64,000 nt of DNA from an uncultured Methanoregulaceae archaeon (GCA_963717525.1 OY970343.1:672001-736000), one strand, 5' to 3'; counted from the stretch's first letter, positions 30,051-41,528 are shown. Numbers and translations are program-made. The notes: generated by a model from the letters alone, not told the origin.

Positions 30051-32406
30051 TTGACAGAAAAAAAGATAGCGCTTACCATTAAAGAGCTGGATGCCGGTTT
30101 TGGCCGTATCCGGGATCTCTCGGTCTCCATCGGAAAACTGTCTGCGGGGGACTGGACGGAACCTGAGGGCCCGACCCCATATCCTTCCCTTGCAACACTC
30201 CGGGCCTGGGATCGGAAACTTCTTTCCAAGTACCAGCCGTTCTACATGCCATTCTGCGATCTCTGCTGCCTGTGCACGTATGGCAAGTGCGATCTTACCG
30301 GCACCAAAAAGGGAGCCTGCGGTATTTCGATGCCCGGCCCAGCAGGCCCGCACGGTTCTTTTGGCCGCATGTATCGGTGCAGCCACTCATACGAGCCATG
30401 CGCGTGAACTGGTAACGTACGCGATTAAACGTGCCGGCCGTGACTGTTCCATCGACCCCGGCGGAAATGCGATCGGCGTGGAGGCCCCGGTGATCCGGCT
30501 TGTGTGCGGGGAAAAACCGAAAACTCTTGCCGATCTTGAAACGGTCCTCGATTACTGCGAGAGCCAGATTACCTCCCTTCTTGCGGTGACGCATACCGGG
30601 CAGGAAGGCGATTCCCTTGATTTCGAGAGCAAGGTGCTCCATGCCGGTATGATCGACCAGGTGGGTATGGAGGTGGCCGATCTTGCGCAGATATCTGCCC
30701 TCGGGTACCCGAAAGCCGACCCCGATGCCCCGCTTGCGGCACTCGGCATGGGGACGGTCGAGACCACAAAACCGGTTATCCTTGTGATCGGCCACAACGT
30801 GCCTCCATCAGTTGCCATTATCGATTATCTCTCCCGGGAGAGTCTTTCAGACCAGGTTGAGGTGACGGGGATCTGCTGCACCTCGATCGATGCAAGCAGG
30901 TACTCCCCGCGGGCGAAGATTATCGGGCCCATGTCCTGGCAGCTCCGGTACATCCGGAGCGGTATCCCCGACGTTATTGTCGTGGATGAGCAGTGTGTCC
31001 GGACCGATGCGTTTTATGAGGCTTCAGCCGTAGAGACGCCATTCATTGCAACGTCAGACAAGAACTGCATGGGCCTTCCCGACCGGACAAATGACCCGGC
31101 CGATGCCATTGTTGCGGATCTTATAACAGGCCGGCAGAAAGGTGTCCTGATTCTCGATCCGGAAAAGGCAGGCGAGGTGGCAGTACGGGTAGCCCGTATT
31201 GTTATGCCTGCCCGGAGAAAAGCCACTACAGCCATCTCCCCGGAGACCATCCGTGAACAGGCTTCTGACTGTACGCAGTGTCGGCTCTGCCAGAGGGCAT
31301 GCCCCAACGATCTTGCAATCCCGCAGGGAATGAAAGCAGCAGGTGATGGCGATCTCTCGCTTCTTTCTGCCCTGTACGAAACCTGCGTGGGGTGCGCCAG
31401 GTGCGAGCAGGCCTGCACAAAGAAGATTCCGGTACATTCATTGATTGTCTCTGCGGCAGCAGAGAAGATAAAAAATGAGAAATTTGTGATCCGTACCGGG
31501 AGGGGCGCGATCCAGGATATCGAGATCCGTAATGTCGGGGGTCCTATTGTGCTTGGCGAGATCCCGGGCGTGGTCGGGTTTGTAGGCTGCTCCAATTTTG
31601 CAAACGGGGGAAAAGAGGTTGCAGAGATGAGCGTGGAGTTTGCCAAGCGCCGGTACGTTGTCTGCACCTCGGGCTGCGCCGCAATGTCTATCGGGATGTA
31701 CCGGGACGAGGACGGCAGAACCCCGTACGAACAATTCCCGGGAAGTTTTACCGCGGGGGGGATCGTAAACGTCGGTTCCTGTGTCGCAAATGCCCATATT
31801 GCTGGGGCGACCATAAAGATTGCAAGCATCTTTGCCCGGCGTAACCTGCGCGGGAACTATGCCGAAATCGCGGATTATGTCCATAACCGTGTCGGTGCGG
31901 TTGGCGTGGCGTGGGGCGCGATGTCCCAGAAGGCAGCGGCGATAGCAAGCGGGTTCTGGCGCCTTGGGATCCCGGTGGTGGTCGGGCCGCACGGGACCAA
32001 GTACCGGCGAATGCTTCTGGGCCGTGCCGATCATGATGCAGACTGGTATGTACACGACCAGCGGACCGGAGAGGAGGTCTATGCCGGCCCGGCACCGGAG
32101 CACCTCTTTGTCGCAGCAGAGACAAAGGAAGAGGCGATGGTGCTGGTCGCAAAACTTTGCATGCGGCCCAACGATACGACCCGGGGGCGGGCGATGAAAC
32201 TCACACATTATATCGACCTGCACCAGCGCCACAACGGCTCGATACCCGATGACATCCCGCGCTACATACGCACGACGGCTGATATTCCCGTCACCCTGAA
32301 AGGGGAGATCACCCGTATCCTTTCGCAGTCTGACTGGAAGGAACGGCCCATCCCGGATCCGACCCTGCTAACGCATGATAAGCCCATATCACCCGAGGAG
32401 CGCTGA
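30051..32406 (+). CDS. cdhA: ACDS complex alpha subunit, CO dehydrogenase (apparent +1 frameshift at about 30334)
   Basis: PFCDLCCLCTYGKC, HTGQEG, GHN, GICCT, two ferredoxin motifs, GSC, WGAMSQKA; start uncertain (30042-30051). Confidence 0.94.
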
Positions 32407-32412
32407 TATGCC

Positions 32413-32970
32413 ATGACTTCTGCCGATCCCTGGCAGACCGCAGAGGTTGCCGGCCCGAAAAAAGCGGCCGTCATTACAAAACCGGCAATAGTGCAGGCTG
32501 TCATCGGCCGTGCCCGCCACCCGGTGCTTCTCATCGGGCACCGGGCCGCGACGATCGATATTGGAGCAAAGAAGTTCGTCGATTACCTGCTTGACCTGGC
32601 CCGGGTGCACCAGATCCCGGTGATTGCCGCGGGCCACGTCAACAGGGCACTGAGGGAACGGGGATATACCTGTGCCGTCATCCTGCCGGCGGTTGAAGCC
32701 GGTCAGCGGATTGCGGATCCCAGCTGGGCCGGGCCGGAGGGAAAGGGCTCTTGTGATCTTGCCATCATTGCCGGAATGCCGTACCCGATGGCATGGACAC
32801 TTCTTTCCGGGCTCAAGCATGCTGCCCCGCATACAAAGACAATCTCGCTCGATAATACCTACCAGCCCAACGCGACCTGGTCATTTGCTAACATTTCCCT
32901 TAAAGACTGGCAGGAGAGCCTTGAGGCAATCTCTGCGGATGCCGGAACGGGGGGATCGGCAGATGTTTGA
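32413..32970 (+). CDS. cdhB: ACDS complex epsilon subunit
   Basis: PWQTAE..GP, DPSW.G, LSGLKH, YQPNA.WSF. Confidence 0.92.
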   Translation: MTSADPWQTAEVAGPKKAAVITKPAIVQAVIGRARHPVLLIGHRAATIDIGAKKFVDYLLDLARVHQIPVIAAGHVNRALRERGYTCAVILPAVEAGQRIADPSWAGPEGKGSCDLAIIAGMPYPMAWTLLSGLKHAAPHTKTISLDNTYQPNATWSFANISLKDWQESLEAISADAGTGGSADV

Positions 32971-34348
32971 GGGTATTCCTGTGGACGTCGGGCTTGTCCA
33001 CGTCGGCGAAAGGATCCGGAAAAACGACATGTACGTTGAGCTGGGTGGCCCTTCGGTGCAGGAAAAATTCGAACTGGTAAAGGTAAGAAAACCCGGGGAG
33101 ATCCATGACGGGGCGATCACGATTATCGGCCCGGACCTTGCAGAAATGGAAGAGGGGATGAAATACCCGCTGGGCATCCTTGTCGAGATTGCCGGGCCCG
33201 AACTCGAAGAGGATATCGAGGGTGTGATCGAGCGCCGGATCCACGAGTATACCAATTATATCGAAGGATTAATGCACCTCAACCAGCGGTACGACATCTG
33301 GGTGAGGGTGTCCAAGAAAGCCTATGCGAAGGGCTTTACCACGCTTGCCTTTGTCGGCAATGTCCTTATTGCACTCTTAAAAAACGAGCTGCCCCTTATC
33401 GAACAGATACAGGTCACGTTCTTTACAGACCAGGAAAAGATCTCCGCCCGGTACGCCGAGGCGATGGCAGCGTACCAGGCGCGGGATGCCCGGGCCCGGG
33501 GGCTGACCGATGACGATGTGGATGTCTTTTACGGGTGCGCACTCTGCCAGTCGTTTGCCCCGAGCCACGTCTGCGTCATCACGCCGCAGCGGTATGCAAA
33601 CTGCGGCGCTATCAGCTGGTTTGACGGCAGGGCGGCAGCACGGATCGATCCCAAGGGCCCGATCTTTCCCATCAGCAAAGGAGAGTGCCTCGACCCGGTA
33701 AAAGGCGAATATTCCGGGATAAACGAGAGCGCAAAAAAGCGATCGCTTGGCACCGTGCACCGGATTTACCTGTACAGCGCGTTTGCATGCCCCCATACGT
33801 CCTGCGGCTGTTTCGAGGGGATCGCATTCTACATCCCCGAGGTTGAAGGATTTGGGATCGTGATGAGGGGATACAAGGATGTGACCGTAAACGGGCTGCC
33901 CTTCTCGACCATGGCGGATTCGACTGCCGGGGGCCGGCAGGTGGACGGGTTCCACGGGATCTCGCTCGAATATATGCGCTCCCCCAGGTTCCTCGCTGCC
34001 GACGGAGGGTATGCCCGGATCGCGTGGATGCCGTATGATCTCAGGGAGCAGATGCGGGAGTTCATCCCGGCGGATCTCTTCTCCCGGATCGCCACGGAAA
34101 AAGATGTCAGGACCGTGAGCGAACTCCGCGATTTCCTCTCCACCCATGTCCACCCGGTCATGGAACGGTGGAAGGCAGAAGAGAGTGAGCTCCCTGAAGG
34201 AGTAAACGGGGCGGTGCAGGTCTTGTCCGGTGGGGATTTCCCGGTCATGGCGGGGGGCTTTAAGATTATCTTCAAGAACGCCCGTATCACCGCAGACCGG
34301 GTGATCTTCGAGCCGATCCAGCCAAAAAAACCAGGGACAGGGGTATAG
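32963..34348 (+). CDS. cdhC: ACDS complex beta subunit, acetyl-CoA synthase
   Basis: GERIRK, ERRIH, YGCALCQSFAP.HVC, PHTSCGCFE A-cluster ligands. Confidence 0.95.
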   Translation: MFEGIPVDVGLVHVGERIRKNDMYVELGGPSVQEKFELVKVRKPGEIHDGAITIIGPDLAEMEEGMKYPLGILVEIAGPELEEDIEGVIERRIHEYTNYIEGLMHLNQRYDIWVRVSKKAYAKGFTTLAFVGNVLIALLKNELPLIEQIQVTFFTDQEKISARYAEAMAAYQARDARARGLTDDDVDVFYGCALCQSFAPSHVCVITPQRYANCGAISWFDGRAAARIDPKGPIFPISKGECLDPVKGEYSGINESAKKRSLGTVHRIYLYSAFACPHTSCGCFEGIAFYIPEVEGFGIVMRGYKDVTVNGLPFSTMADSTAGGRQVDGFHGISLEYMRSPRFLAADGGYARIAWMPYDLREQMREFIPADLFSRIATEKDVRTVSELRDFLSTHVHPVMERWKAEESELPEGVNGAVQVLSGGDFPVMAGGFKIIFKNARITADRVIFEPIQPKKPGTGV

Positions 34349-35587
34349 ATGCAGGACAAAAACTCCAGAGAGGGGAACAAGAGACCGGAATATATGCCGG
34401 GACAGGAAGCGATCCCCAGGTTTCTCGCGATGCTCTCCGGCAAAGAGCGCATCGAGCTCGAGAATTTTTCGATGGAGATCGGTGATCTTGAACTCTGGAT
34501 CCCGACCGGACCTGCCACTGCCCCACGAGGGTTGCCTGCCGTCGCGCACCAGAAACCTTCAACTCTTTTTGCGGAGACATTTTTCCCGCACCGGGAAGAG
34601 TTCGTGGGCAGGATCCACGAAGTCCGGCTGGGTGAGACAAAAGCCGGGGGAGGAAGCCGGGGCAGGTCCCTTACGATCGGGGGATCGGACTACCCGCCGT
34701 TTGTGAGCGCTGATCACCCGGCAGCCCACACGCCGATCTTTGCGCTCGATGTCTTTGATATGGAGGTGCCGCTCCCGAGAGTGCTCATGGAGAACGTCAG
34801 GGACGTGGTGAGTGATCCCGCCGAGTGGGCGCGGATGAACGTGAAGAAATACGGCGCCGATATGATCACTGTGCACCTCATGTCGACCGACCCACTCATC
34901 CGCGATTCGTCCCCCGAGGCCGCGGCCCGCACCGTTGAGGAAGTACTACAGGCCGTGGACGTCCCGCTGATCATCGGGGGGTGCGGGGATCCACGCAAGG
35001 ATGCCCAGGTCTTTTGCAAGGTATCTGAAGTTGCTGATTGCGAGCGGCTTCTCCTGAACTCCGTCACGCTTGGCATGACCGAGACAAAGACGCTGGATGT
35101 GGTAGCCCGGGCGGCAAAGGAGCACAACCATGCGGTGCTCGGTTTCACCGGCCTCGAACTCAACAAGGCAAAAGAGCTCAACCGCCGTCTCTACGAGTAT
35201 CTCCCGCCGGAAGATATCGTGATGGACCTCACCACCGTCGCACTCGGGTACGGGCTTGAGTACTCGTTTACTATTCACGAGCGGGCCCGGCATGCGGCCC
35301 TGATGGGCGACACCGAACTCCAGCAGCCCACCATCTCCGCCTCCACGAATGCGTGGGCAGCCCGGGAGGCGTGGATGAAGATGGACAAAAAATACGGTTC
35401 CCGGGGGCTTCGGGGCCCGCTCTGGGAGACGATCAATGCGCTCACGCTCCTCCTTGCCGGGGTTGACATCTTCATGATGATGCACCCGGCTGCTATCCGG
35501 ACCTGCAAAGACATGATCCGTATGTTTGCAGAAAAAGATGCGCCGGCGCCGGATGGGGTTTCCCGCTGGGCGACCATGAAGATCTAG
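34349..35587 (+). CDS. cdhD: ACDS complex delta subunit (CFeSP small)
   Basis: DVFD, GADMITVHL.STDP, LGYGLEY, NAWAAREAW, MMMHP. Confidence 0.94.
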   Translation: MQDKNSREGNKRPEYMPGQEAIPRFLAMLSGKERIELENFSMEIGDLELWIPTGPATAPRGLPAVAHQKPSTLFAETFFPHREEFVGRIHEVRLGETKAGGGSRGRSLTIGGSDYPPFVSADHPAAHTPIFALDVFDMEVPLPRVLMENVRDVVSDPAEWARMNVKKYGADMITVHLMSTDPLIRDSSPEAAARTVEEVLQAVDVPLIIGGCGDPRKDAQVFCKVSEVADCERLLLNSVTLGMTETKTLDVVARAAKEHNHAVLGFTGLELNKAKELNRRLYEYLPPEDIVMDLTTVALGYGLEYSFTIHERARHAALMGDTELQQPTISASTNAWAAREAWMKMDKKYGSRGLRGPLWETINALTLLLAGVDIFMMMHPAAIRTCKDMIRMFAEKDAPAPDGVSRWATMKI

Positions 35588-35598
35588 GGAGGGTGGAG

Positions 35599-37032
35599 AT
35601 GTCAGAACGTGAATCAAAAAAGACAATCAAGGAGATCAGCCCCATAGACGTGTACAAGCTCCTTCCCAAGACCAACTGCCAAGAGTGCGGGGAAGCAAAC
35701 TGCATGGCATTTGCCACAAAGGTGGTGAACGGGGAGCTTGAGGTAGACAACTGCCCACCGGTCACAAAAGATGAGTACCGGGTCAACTTTACCAAACTTG
35801 AAGATCTCATGGCACCTCCGGTCAGGACGATCCTTGTCGGGACCGGTGAACATGCGATGAAAATGGGGGGGAAATATGTTCTGTACCGCCACGAGTTTAC
35901 CTACCATCACCCGACCCCTATCGCTATTGACGTCTCTGATGACCTGTCAGAAGAGGAGCGAAGCGCACGGGTCAGGGCTATCGCGGAGTTTTCCTATAAC
36001 TATATCGGGCGCGAGCTCCGGCTGGATGCGATTGCAATCCGCTCGACCCAGCATGACCCGGCTGCGTTTGCCTCTGCAGTAACTGCCGTTGCTGGCCAGA
36101 CCGACCTCCCTCTCATCCTCTGCACCTACGACGCGGCGATCATGGCGGCCGGCCTTGCCCATATACGTGAGCGCCGTCCGCTCCTCTATGCAGCGACAAA
36201 AGATAATTGGAAGGAGATGGCGGAACTTGCCCTGCGGTACGCCTGCCCGCTCGTGGTTTCGGCCCCCCATGATATCGCGCTCCTGCGATCGCTCGTGAAA
36301 ACTCTTGTTGCCTATGGTGTGACCGATCTGGTGCTCGACCCGGGGACGGCAGTGGAGCCCGGCCTCTCGGGAACGATCCATGCGTTCTCGCAGATACGCC
36401 GGGCGGTTTTTGCCGATGGCGACGATCTCCTGGGGTATCCCCTGCTTGGGACACCGATCACCGCGTGGCTCTCCCCCGAGATCTCGCACGAGCTGATCCA
36501 GTGGAAGGAGGCGTGTGCAGCATCGATGCTCCTCTCCCGGTATGCCGACTTGTTGATCCTCCACAGCCTCGAGGGGTGGGTGCTCCTGCCCCAGCTGATC
36601 TGGCGCTTCAACATCTACACCGATCCCCGGAAACCGGTTTCGGTCGATACCGGTGTCAGGGTGTTCGGTTCGCCCAAAAAGGATGCGCCGGTGCTTATCA
36701 CCACCAACTACGCCCTTACCTATTTCACGGTCGAGAGCGACATCAAGGCCGCTGGCATCGATTGCTTTTTGATCGTTATTGACACCGGGGGAAACAGCGT
36801 GGAGAGCGCAGTCGCCGGCCGGTACCTGAACGCAGAATCGATAGCGGCGGCCCTTAAGGATACCGGTATCGCAGAACGGGTAAACTACCGTTATCTGATC
36901 ATCCCCGGGCTTGCCGCCCGCCTGAGCGGCGAGACCGAGGAAGCGAGCGGCTGGCACGTGCTGGTCGGCCCGAAGGATTCCTCGGGCATCCCTGCCTACC
37001 TTAAGGCACACTGGCCGCCAAAGAAATGGTGA
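35599..37032 (+). CDS. cdhE: ACDS complex gamma subunit (CFeSP large)
   Basis: LPKTNCQECGEANCMAFA, NIYTDPRKP, TTNYALTYFTV, VGPKDSS. Confidence 0.95.
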   Translation: MSERESKKTIKEISPIDVYKLLPKTNCQECGEANCMAFATKVVNGELEVDNCPPVTKDEYRVNFTKLEDLMAPPVRTILVGTGEHAMKMGGKYVLYRHEFTYHHPTPIAIDVSDDLSEEERSARVRAIAEFSYNYIGRELRLDAIAIRSTQHDPAAFASAVTAVAGQTDLPLILCTYDAAIMAAGLAHIRERRPLLYAATKDNWKEMAELALRYACPLVVSAPHDIALLRSLVKTLVAYGVTDLVLDPGTAVEPGLSGTIHAFSQIRRAVFADGDDLLGYPLLGTPITAWLSPEISHELIQWKEACAASMLLSRYADLLILHSLEGWVLLPQLIWRFNIYTDPRKPVSVDTGVRVFGSPKKDAPVLITTNYALTYFTVESDIKAAGIDCFLIVIDTGGNSVESAVAGRYLNAESIAAALKDTGIAERVNYRYLIIPGLAARLSGETEEASGWHVLVGPKDSSGIPAYLKAHWPPKKW

Positions 37033-37109
37033 ACTGGTCCCGCCGTCCCAAAAATGGCGGATGACCCGTCCCTGCGTGGATCATCAGGCACTGAGGAGGA
37101 ACACAACCG

Positions 37110-38959
37110 ATGCAGCAGCCGGACGCAGACGAGATTAGGGTGATCTTCCAGCCGATGAACCGGGTGGTGACCGTCCCGGCAGGTACGTCACTCTTTGCTG
37201 CGATCGCTCTTTCCGGTATTGCGATCGAGAGCATCTGCGGGGGGAAGGGGACCTGCGGGAAATGCCGGGTCATCCTGATCAAAGGCAGCTGCACAGATGC
37301 ACCGGATTCCGGGACAGGCTGCCGGCTCACGCCAAAAGAGCGGGAAGAGGGGTACCATCTCGCCTGCCGGGTGGCACTTTCAACAGACGCCGAGTTCACC
37401 ATACCGGTCGAGAGCAGGATCGATTCCCCCCAGATCCTCGTCACGCAGCCCGCAGCTGTCGGGTACTGTCGAGCCGTCTGTCACGCGGTACCAGGTGGAA
37501 CTCTCGCGCTCTGACGGCCTGCCTTTTGCCTCGCAGTCAGTACCGGTTTACCGGCTACACGGGCCTCCGCCCCCGGATCACCGATGAGCAGTACCACGCG
37601 CTGCTTGCATCGGAGACCCCTCTGGCTGCCATCCTCTCCACGCTCCGCGCCCCCCCGACCGTACTTTCGATCTCACCGGCAGATAGTCCAGCACCGATGT
37701 ATGGCGTTGCCATCGATCTCGGGACCACGACCGTCGTCGGGTGCCTCGCCCGGCTCGACACGGGGGAGATCCTTGCCACGGGCTCTGCCCTCAACCGACA
37801 GATCACCTACGGCGAAGAACTCCTCACCCGGATCGGGTACTCGGCCTCGCCAGCGGGGGTTGCCACGCTCCAGAAAGCCGCAGCCACGAGCATCAACGAT
37901 GTCATCGGGACCCTTGCCCTGAATGCCGGTATCGAACGGACTGCAATTATCGATCTCTGCCTCGCGGGAAATACGGTGATGAACCACCTGCTCTGCGGCC
38001 TCGACCCGCGCTACCTCGAGCTTGCGGACGCCCCGGTCTCCCGGGCGCCGCTCATCAGGACCGCACAGGAGATCGGCATTGCGGTTCACCCCGCGGCCGG
38101 GGTCTACTGCCTTCCCAATGTCAGCAGGTTCGTGGGCGGAGACGCGGTCGGCGACATGATCACTGCCGGCATGAACGCCTCCGATGAGATCTCCTTATTG
38201 GTAGATCTCGGGACAAATGGTGAGATCGTCCTTGGCAACCGGAACTGGGCGGCCTCGGTCTCCTGCGCCTCCGGCCCCGCGTTCGAGGGTGCAGGCATCA
38301 GGTCCGGTATGAGGGCGATGAAAGGGGCGATCGATCATGTGCATGGTGACCCTGTGACCGGTGAGATCCGGTGGAGCACGATCGGCTCCACCCCGGCACG
38401 GGGCATCTGTGGTTCGGGGATTGTCGATCTTGCGGTGGCCATGGTGGAGACTGGCACCCTCGATTTTGCCGGGAAACTGAATTTCAGGCACCCCCGGGTC
38501 CGCACCGGGCCGGATGGAGCTGAGTATGTCCTGGCTCAGGCACAGGAAACGGGGACCGGCCGGGAGATCGTTATCACGCAGCAGGATATCGATTACCTCA
38601 TGGATTCAAAGGCCGCGGCCTGCGGTGCGATAGCGGTGCTTCTCAAACGGTATAAGTACACCGTCAGCGACGTCCGGCATCTGTACCTTGCCGGGGCGTT
38701 TGGGGCGTATACCGATATCAACAACGCGGTCCGGTTCGGGATCCTTCCCCGGTTCCCGTCCGCTTCGGTCCACACGATCGGAAACGGATCTCTCTCGGGG
38801 GCATACGCATGTCTCCTCTCGACCAGGAACCGGGCCGAAGCCGAATCCCTGGCACACCACATGGTCTATATCGATCTCATGGTGGACACGGCGTTTGCTG
38901 AAGAATATTCCGCAGCACTCTATATCCCGGGACGGCCGGATCTCTTTCCTTCCTTGTAG
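37110..38959 (+). CDS. RACo/AcsV-type reductive activator of corrinoid proteins, [2Fe-2S]+ASKHA (two apparent +1 frameshifts at about 37450-37462 and 37544)
   Basis: CGGKGTCGKC...LAC ferredoxin; DLGTTT, DLGTNGE, GPAFEG, GICGSG, AGAFG; three consecutive frames join up. Confidence 0.88.
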
Positions 38960-39045
38960 ATGCCGGTAAACCCGGTTCAGTAAGGCTCTTCGTGTGCCGG
39001 TCCACCTCCTATTTACTTTAAGGCTGCACACCCATCTGATCAGGT

Positions 39046-40041
39046 ATGAATTGTCTTGACAGGGAGTATTACCCGGTTTTTACGGTACTTTTTTTTACGG
39101 TAGTTGCCCTTGTCATCTTCTGGCCGGTGCTTGACATGGTCGTCCTTTCGGCATCGCTCGCGGTGGTACTGATGCCACTTCACAGCCGTCTCAGTCGCTC
39201 GACCCGGTCGGTGATCTCGGCAGCGATCATCACGATCTCCCTGTTCCTCCTCGCAGCCGTGGCGGCATTCGGTACGCTCCTGATGCTGCGAGCTAATGCC
39301 GGCCTCATCAACCAGATCTTTGCCACAATCGGTTCGTGGCTGGCAAATCCCGCCACCCGGCCGGGAGCGTTCGGGATAACCATCAGCAAGGATTTGCTCA
39401 TGGCATGGCTTGCCAGAGGCAACGCCCTCTTTGTCAATTACTGGACAACAATCGTCAATAATCTCCTGCTAGTCGTTTTCAAAGGCCTTGTCTTTTTCCT
39501 TTCCTTTTTCCTCCTCCTCCTCAAGGGAACGGAGATCCGGGACCGGATATTCCGGCACCTCCCGCAGCCGGTCAAAAGCTACTGCGATCAGCTCGTGCCG
39601 GTGACTATAGATACGCTCTATGTGATCTACATCGTCCAGTTCGCGATTGCTGCTCTGACCTTTTTCATTGCTATCCCGGTCTTTTACCTGCTCGGGTACG
39701 GGAACATCTTATTTTATTCGTTTTTTGCCGCATTCTGTGAGATCATCCCCATTCTCGGTTCTTCAGTTGCGTTCATCATTGTCGGTGCCTATGCCCTTGC
39801 GCTGGGGGATCTCCGCGGCCTGCTCATCATGGTGATCCTCGGGTACATCGTCGTCTCCGCACTGCCGGAGATCTATATACGCCCGGTGCTTGTAGGCCGG
39901 CGGGTAAAGATCAACCCGGTGATCATGTTTGTAGGCCTCATTGGCGGTCTCCTGACGCTGGGCCTTGCCGGTTTTGTACTGGGGCCGTTGATTATTGTAC
40001 TGGTTATGAGAAGCTACCGGATCTGGACCGATGAACGCTGA
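39046..40041 (+). CDS. AI-2E family transporter
   Basis: Multi-TM; IIPILGS, YIRPVLVG, INP.IMFVG..GG...G..GFVLGP. Confidence 0.88.
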   Translation: MNCLDREYYPVFTVLFFTVVALVIFWPVLDMVVLSASLAVVLMPLHSRLSRSTRSVISAAIITISLFLLAAVAAFGTLLMLRANAGLINQIFATIGSWLANPATRPGAFGITISKDLLMAWLARGNALFVNYWTTIVNNLLLVVFKGLVFFLSFFLLLLKGTEIRDRIFRHLPQPVKSYCDQLVPVTIDTLYVIYIVQFAIAALTFFIAIPVFYLLGYGNILFYSFFAAFCEIIPILGSSVAFIIVGAYALALGDLRGLLIMVILGYIVVSALPEIYIRPVLVGRRVKINPVIMFVGLIGGLLTLGLAGFVLGPLIIVLVMRSYRIWTDER

Positions 40042-40093
40042 AGTACAAAGGAACTGGCCGAGCAGGAAGCCTGTGGGGATACCTCCCAGTAAT

Positions 40094-40839
40094 CGTCCGG
40101 TCATCCAACAGCCTTACGCATGCGTACGCTTGCGGTCTGCGGGACGATGGCGATCACAAGTATCTTTATTCTCTGGATCCTCATCCTCCGGCGCGATGTC
40201 CTCAAGAGCCTGATTGCGGGAGGGGTGCTGATCGTGACCTGCTCTTTCCTGATCGCTAACCTCCACAAGATCCCGCAGGGCGGCTACTGGTCGCTCTTAA
40301 TCGCTGCCATTCCGCTTGGCATCATTCTCATCTATACCAATGGCCAGCGCCGGCTTGCCACTTCCTTAAAGCCGGTGCCTATCGATGAGTTCCTGCCAAA
40401 ATTCAATGAGATCTACACGTCGGTGAACAAGATCTCGGGCTCCGCGCTGTATTTTGCCCGGGACTTCCGGCAGATCCCGCAGTACATCCCCCGCACGATG
40501 TTTACGAACAACATCGTGTACGAGGAGAACATCATCATCTCCATCATCCGCACCGAGCAGCCGTTCGGGGTGGCATGGGGCGTGACCCGGGAACTCACCA
40601 AAGGACTCTCGATCTTTGAGATTTACCTGGGTTACATTGAGATTGTCGATATCTCGACCATCTTAAAAGAGGCTGATATTGACGAAAAGACAATCTTTTA
40701 CGGGATGGAGGATATCGTCACCAGCCACGCGGTGTGGAAGATCTTCGGCGCGATCAAGCACCTCACCCCGTCGGTCGTCCAGTTCTACCGGCTGCCATCG
40801 GACAAGATCCATGGCGTTGTGACCCGTGTGGAGATGTAG
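40094..40839 (+). pseudogene. kup: 5'-truncated KUP/HAK/KT potassium transporter remnant
   Basis: Begins mid-protein: SSNSLTHAY then a frameshift to LAVCGTMAITS (AYGxAVxGTM motif), ANLHKIPQGGYW, cytoplasmic C-terminus; no N-terminal half upstream. Confidence 0.75.
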
Positions 40840-40914
40840 GGCGTCTGCCTTACGGTCTTTACTCTGCTGCAGCACGATATGCTCTTAATTCTGACAGGCC
40901 AATAATGACAGTGA

Positions 40915-40999
40915 GCGAGGGTAGTCAAGCCAGGTCAAAGGCGCCGGATTTAGGGTCCGGTCTCGCAGGAGTTCAGGGGTTCGAATCCCTTCCCTCGCA
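40915..40999 (+). tRNA. tRNA-Leu (anticodon TAG)
   Basis: Acceptor stem GCGAGGG/CCCTCGC, anticodon arm CCGGA-TTTAGGG-TCCGG, long variable arm, GGTTCGAATCC T-loop, discriminator A. Confidence 0.95.
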
Positions 41000-41240
41000 T
41001 TTCCCCCGGTAGGTCAAATCCCTTCTTCAATTGAACATTCCCTCAGGAGTTTTAAGAATGCCTCTCCGTTGGAATCTGCGATATTTGGTGGTTTAACATC
41101 CACCGACTTTCTGACCCGGGACAGGCAGGTGTGATGAGGCAGGAGGCGACGATTGCTGGACCCTCCCTTAATCATCAAGAATTGTTTCTTCTGATCTCGC
41201 AAGCGCCGTTTGTATCTGTTCTTCTTTTTGTCCCTTGGGA

Positions 41241-41528
41241 TCAGGCCCTGAGTGTCCACCGGACATTAATTGCGTGCACCGGGCAGAATTCATGGCATAG
41301 AAAACACATGCAGCAGATCTCGCTCTTTTCAGGGTAAACACCGTCCCCTTTTACCTTGACAAAAACTCCCATTAAGCATAGTTCAACGCACCGGTGGGTT
41401 GTCCGGCAATGATGAGATTTTTTGCAGAGATCCGGATCGATGTACACTTCAGTACCTACATTTGTCGAGGGTCCGACTTCCAAAGTATCACCTTCTTTAT
41501 ACTGAACGGGTCCGGCGTGGTACGGCAC
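41241..41528 (-). CDS. Ferredoxin-like [4Fe-4S] protein
   Basis: CCMCFLCHEFCP canonical site plus an atypical CKKSHHCRTTHRCVELC site. Confidence 0.75.
   Translation of the reverse strand: MPYHAGPVQYKEGDTLEVGPSTNVGTEVYIDPDLCKKSHHCRTTHRCVELCLMGVFVKVKGDGVYPEKSEICCMCFLCHEFCPVHAINVRWTLRA

Noticed and set aside
34346..34351. cdhC TAG followed immediately in frame by the cdhD ATG (possible pyrrolysine or readthrough fusion); similar TGA-ATG junction at pcn/priL (11214-11219)
   Set aside because: Both partners are full-length known subunits and no pyl or sel genes are in the window; tight operon packing explains it
33377..34549. Long antisense ORFs (390 aa here; also 35947..37011, 31014..31829, 12467..13234, 3440..4198)
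   Set aside because: Shadows of GC-rich, well-conserved genes on the other strand with no recognisable motifs
41014..41259. 81-aa ORF just after tRNA-Leu as an integrase remnant
   Set aside because: No tyrosine- or serine-recombinase motifs and no att duplication found
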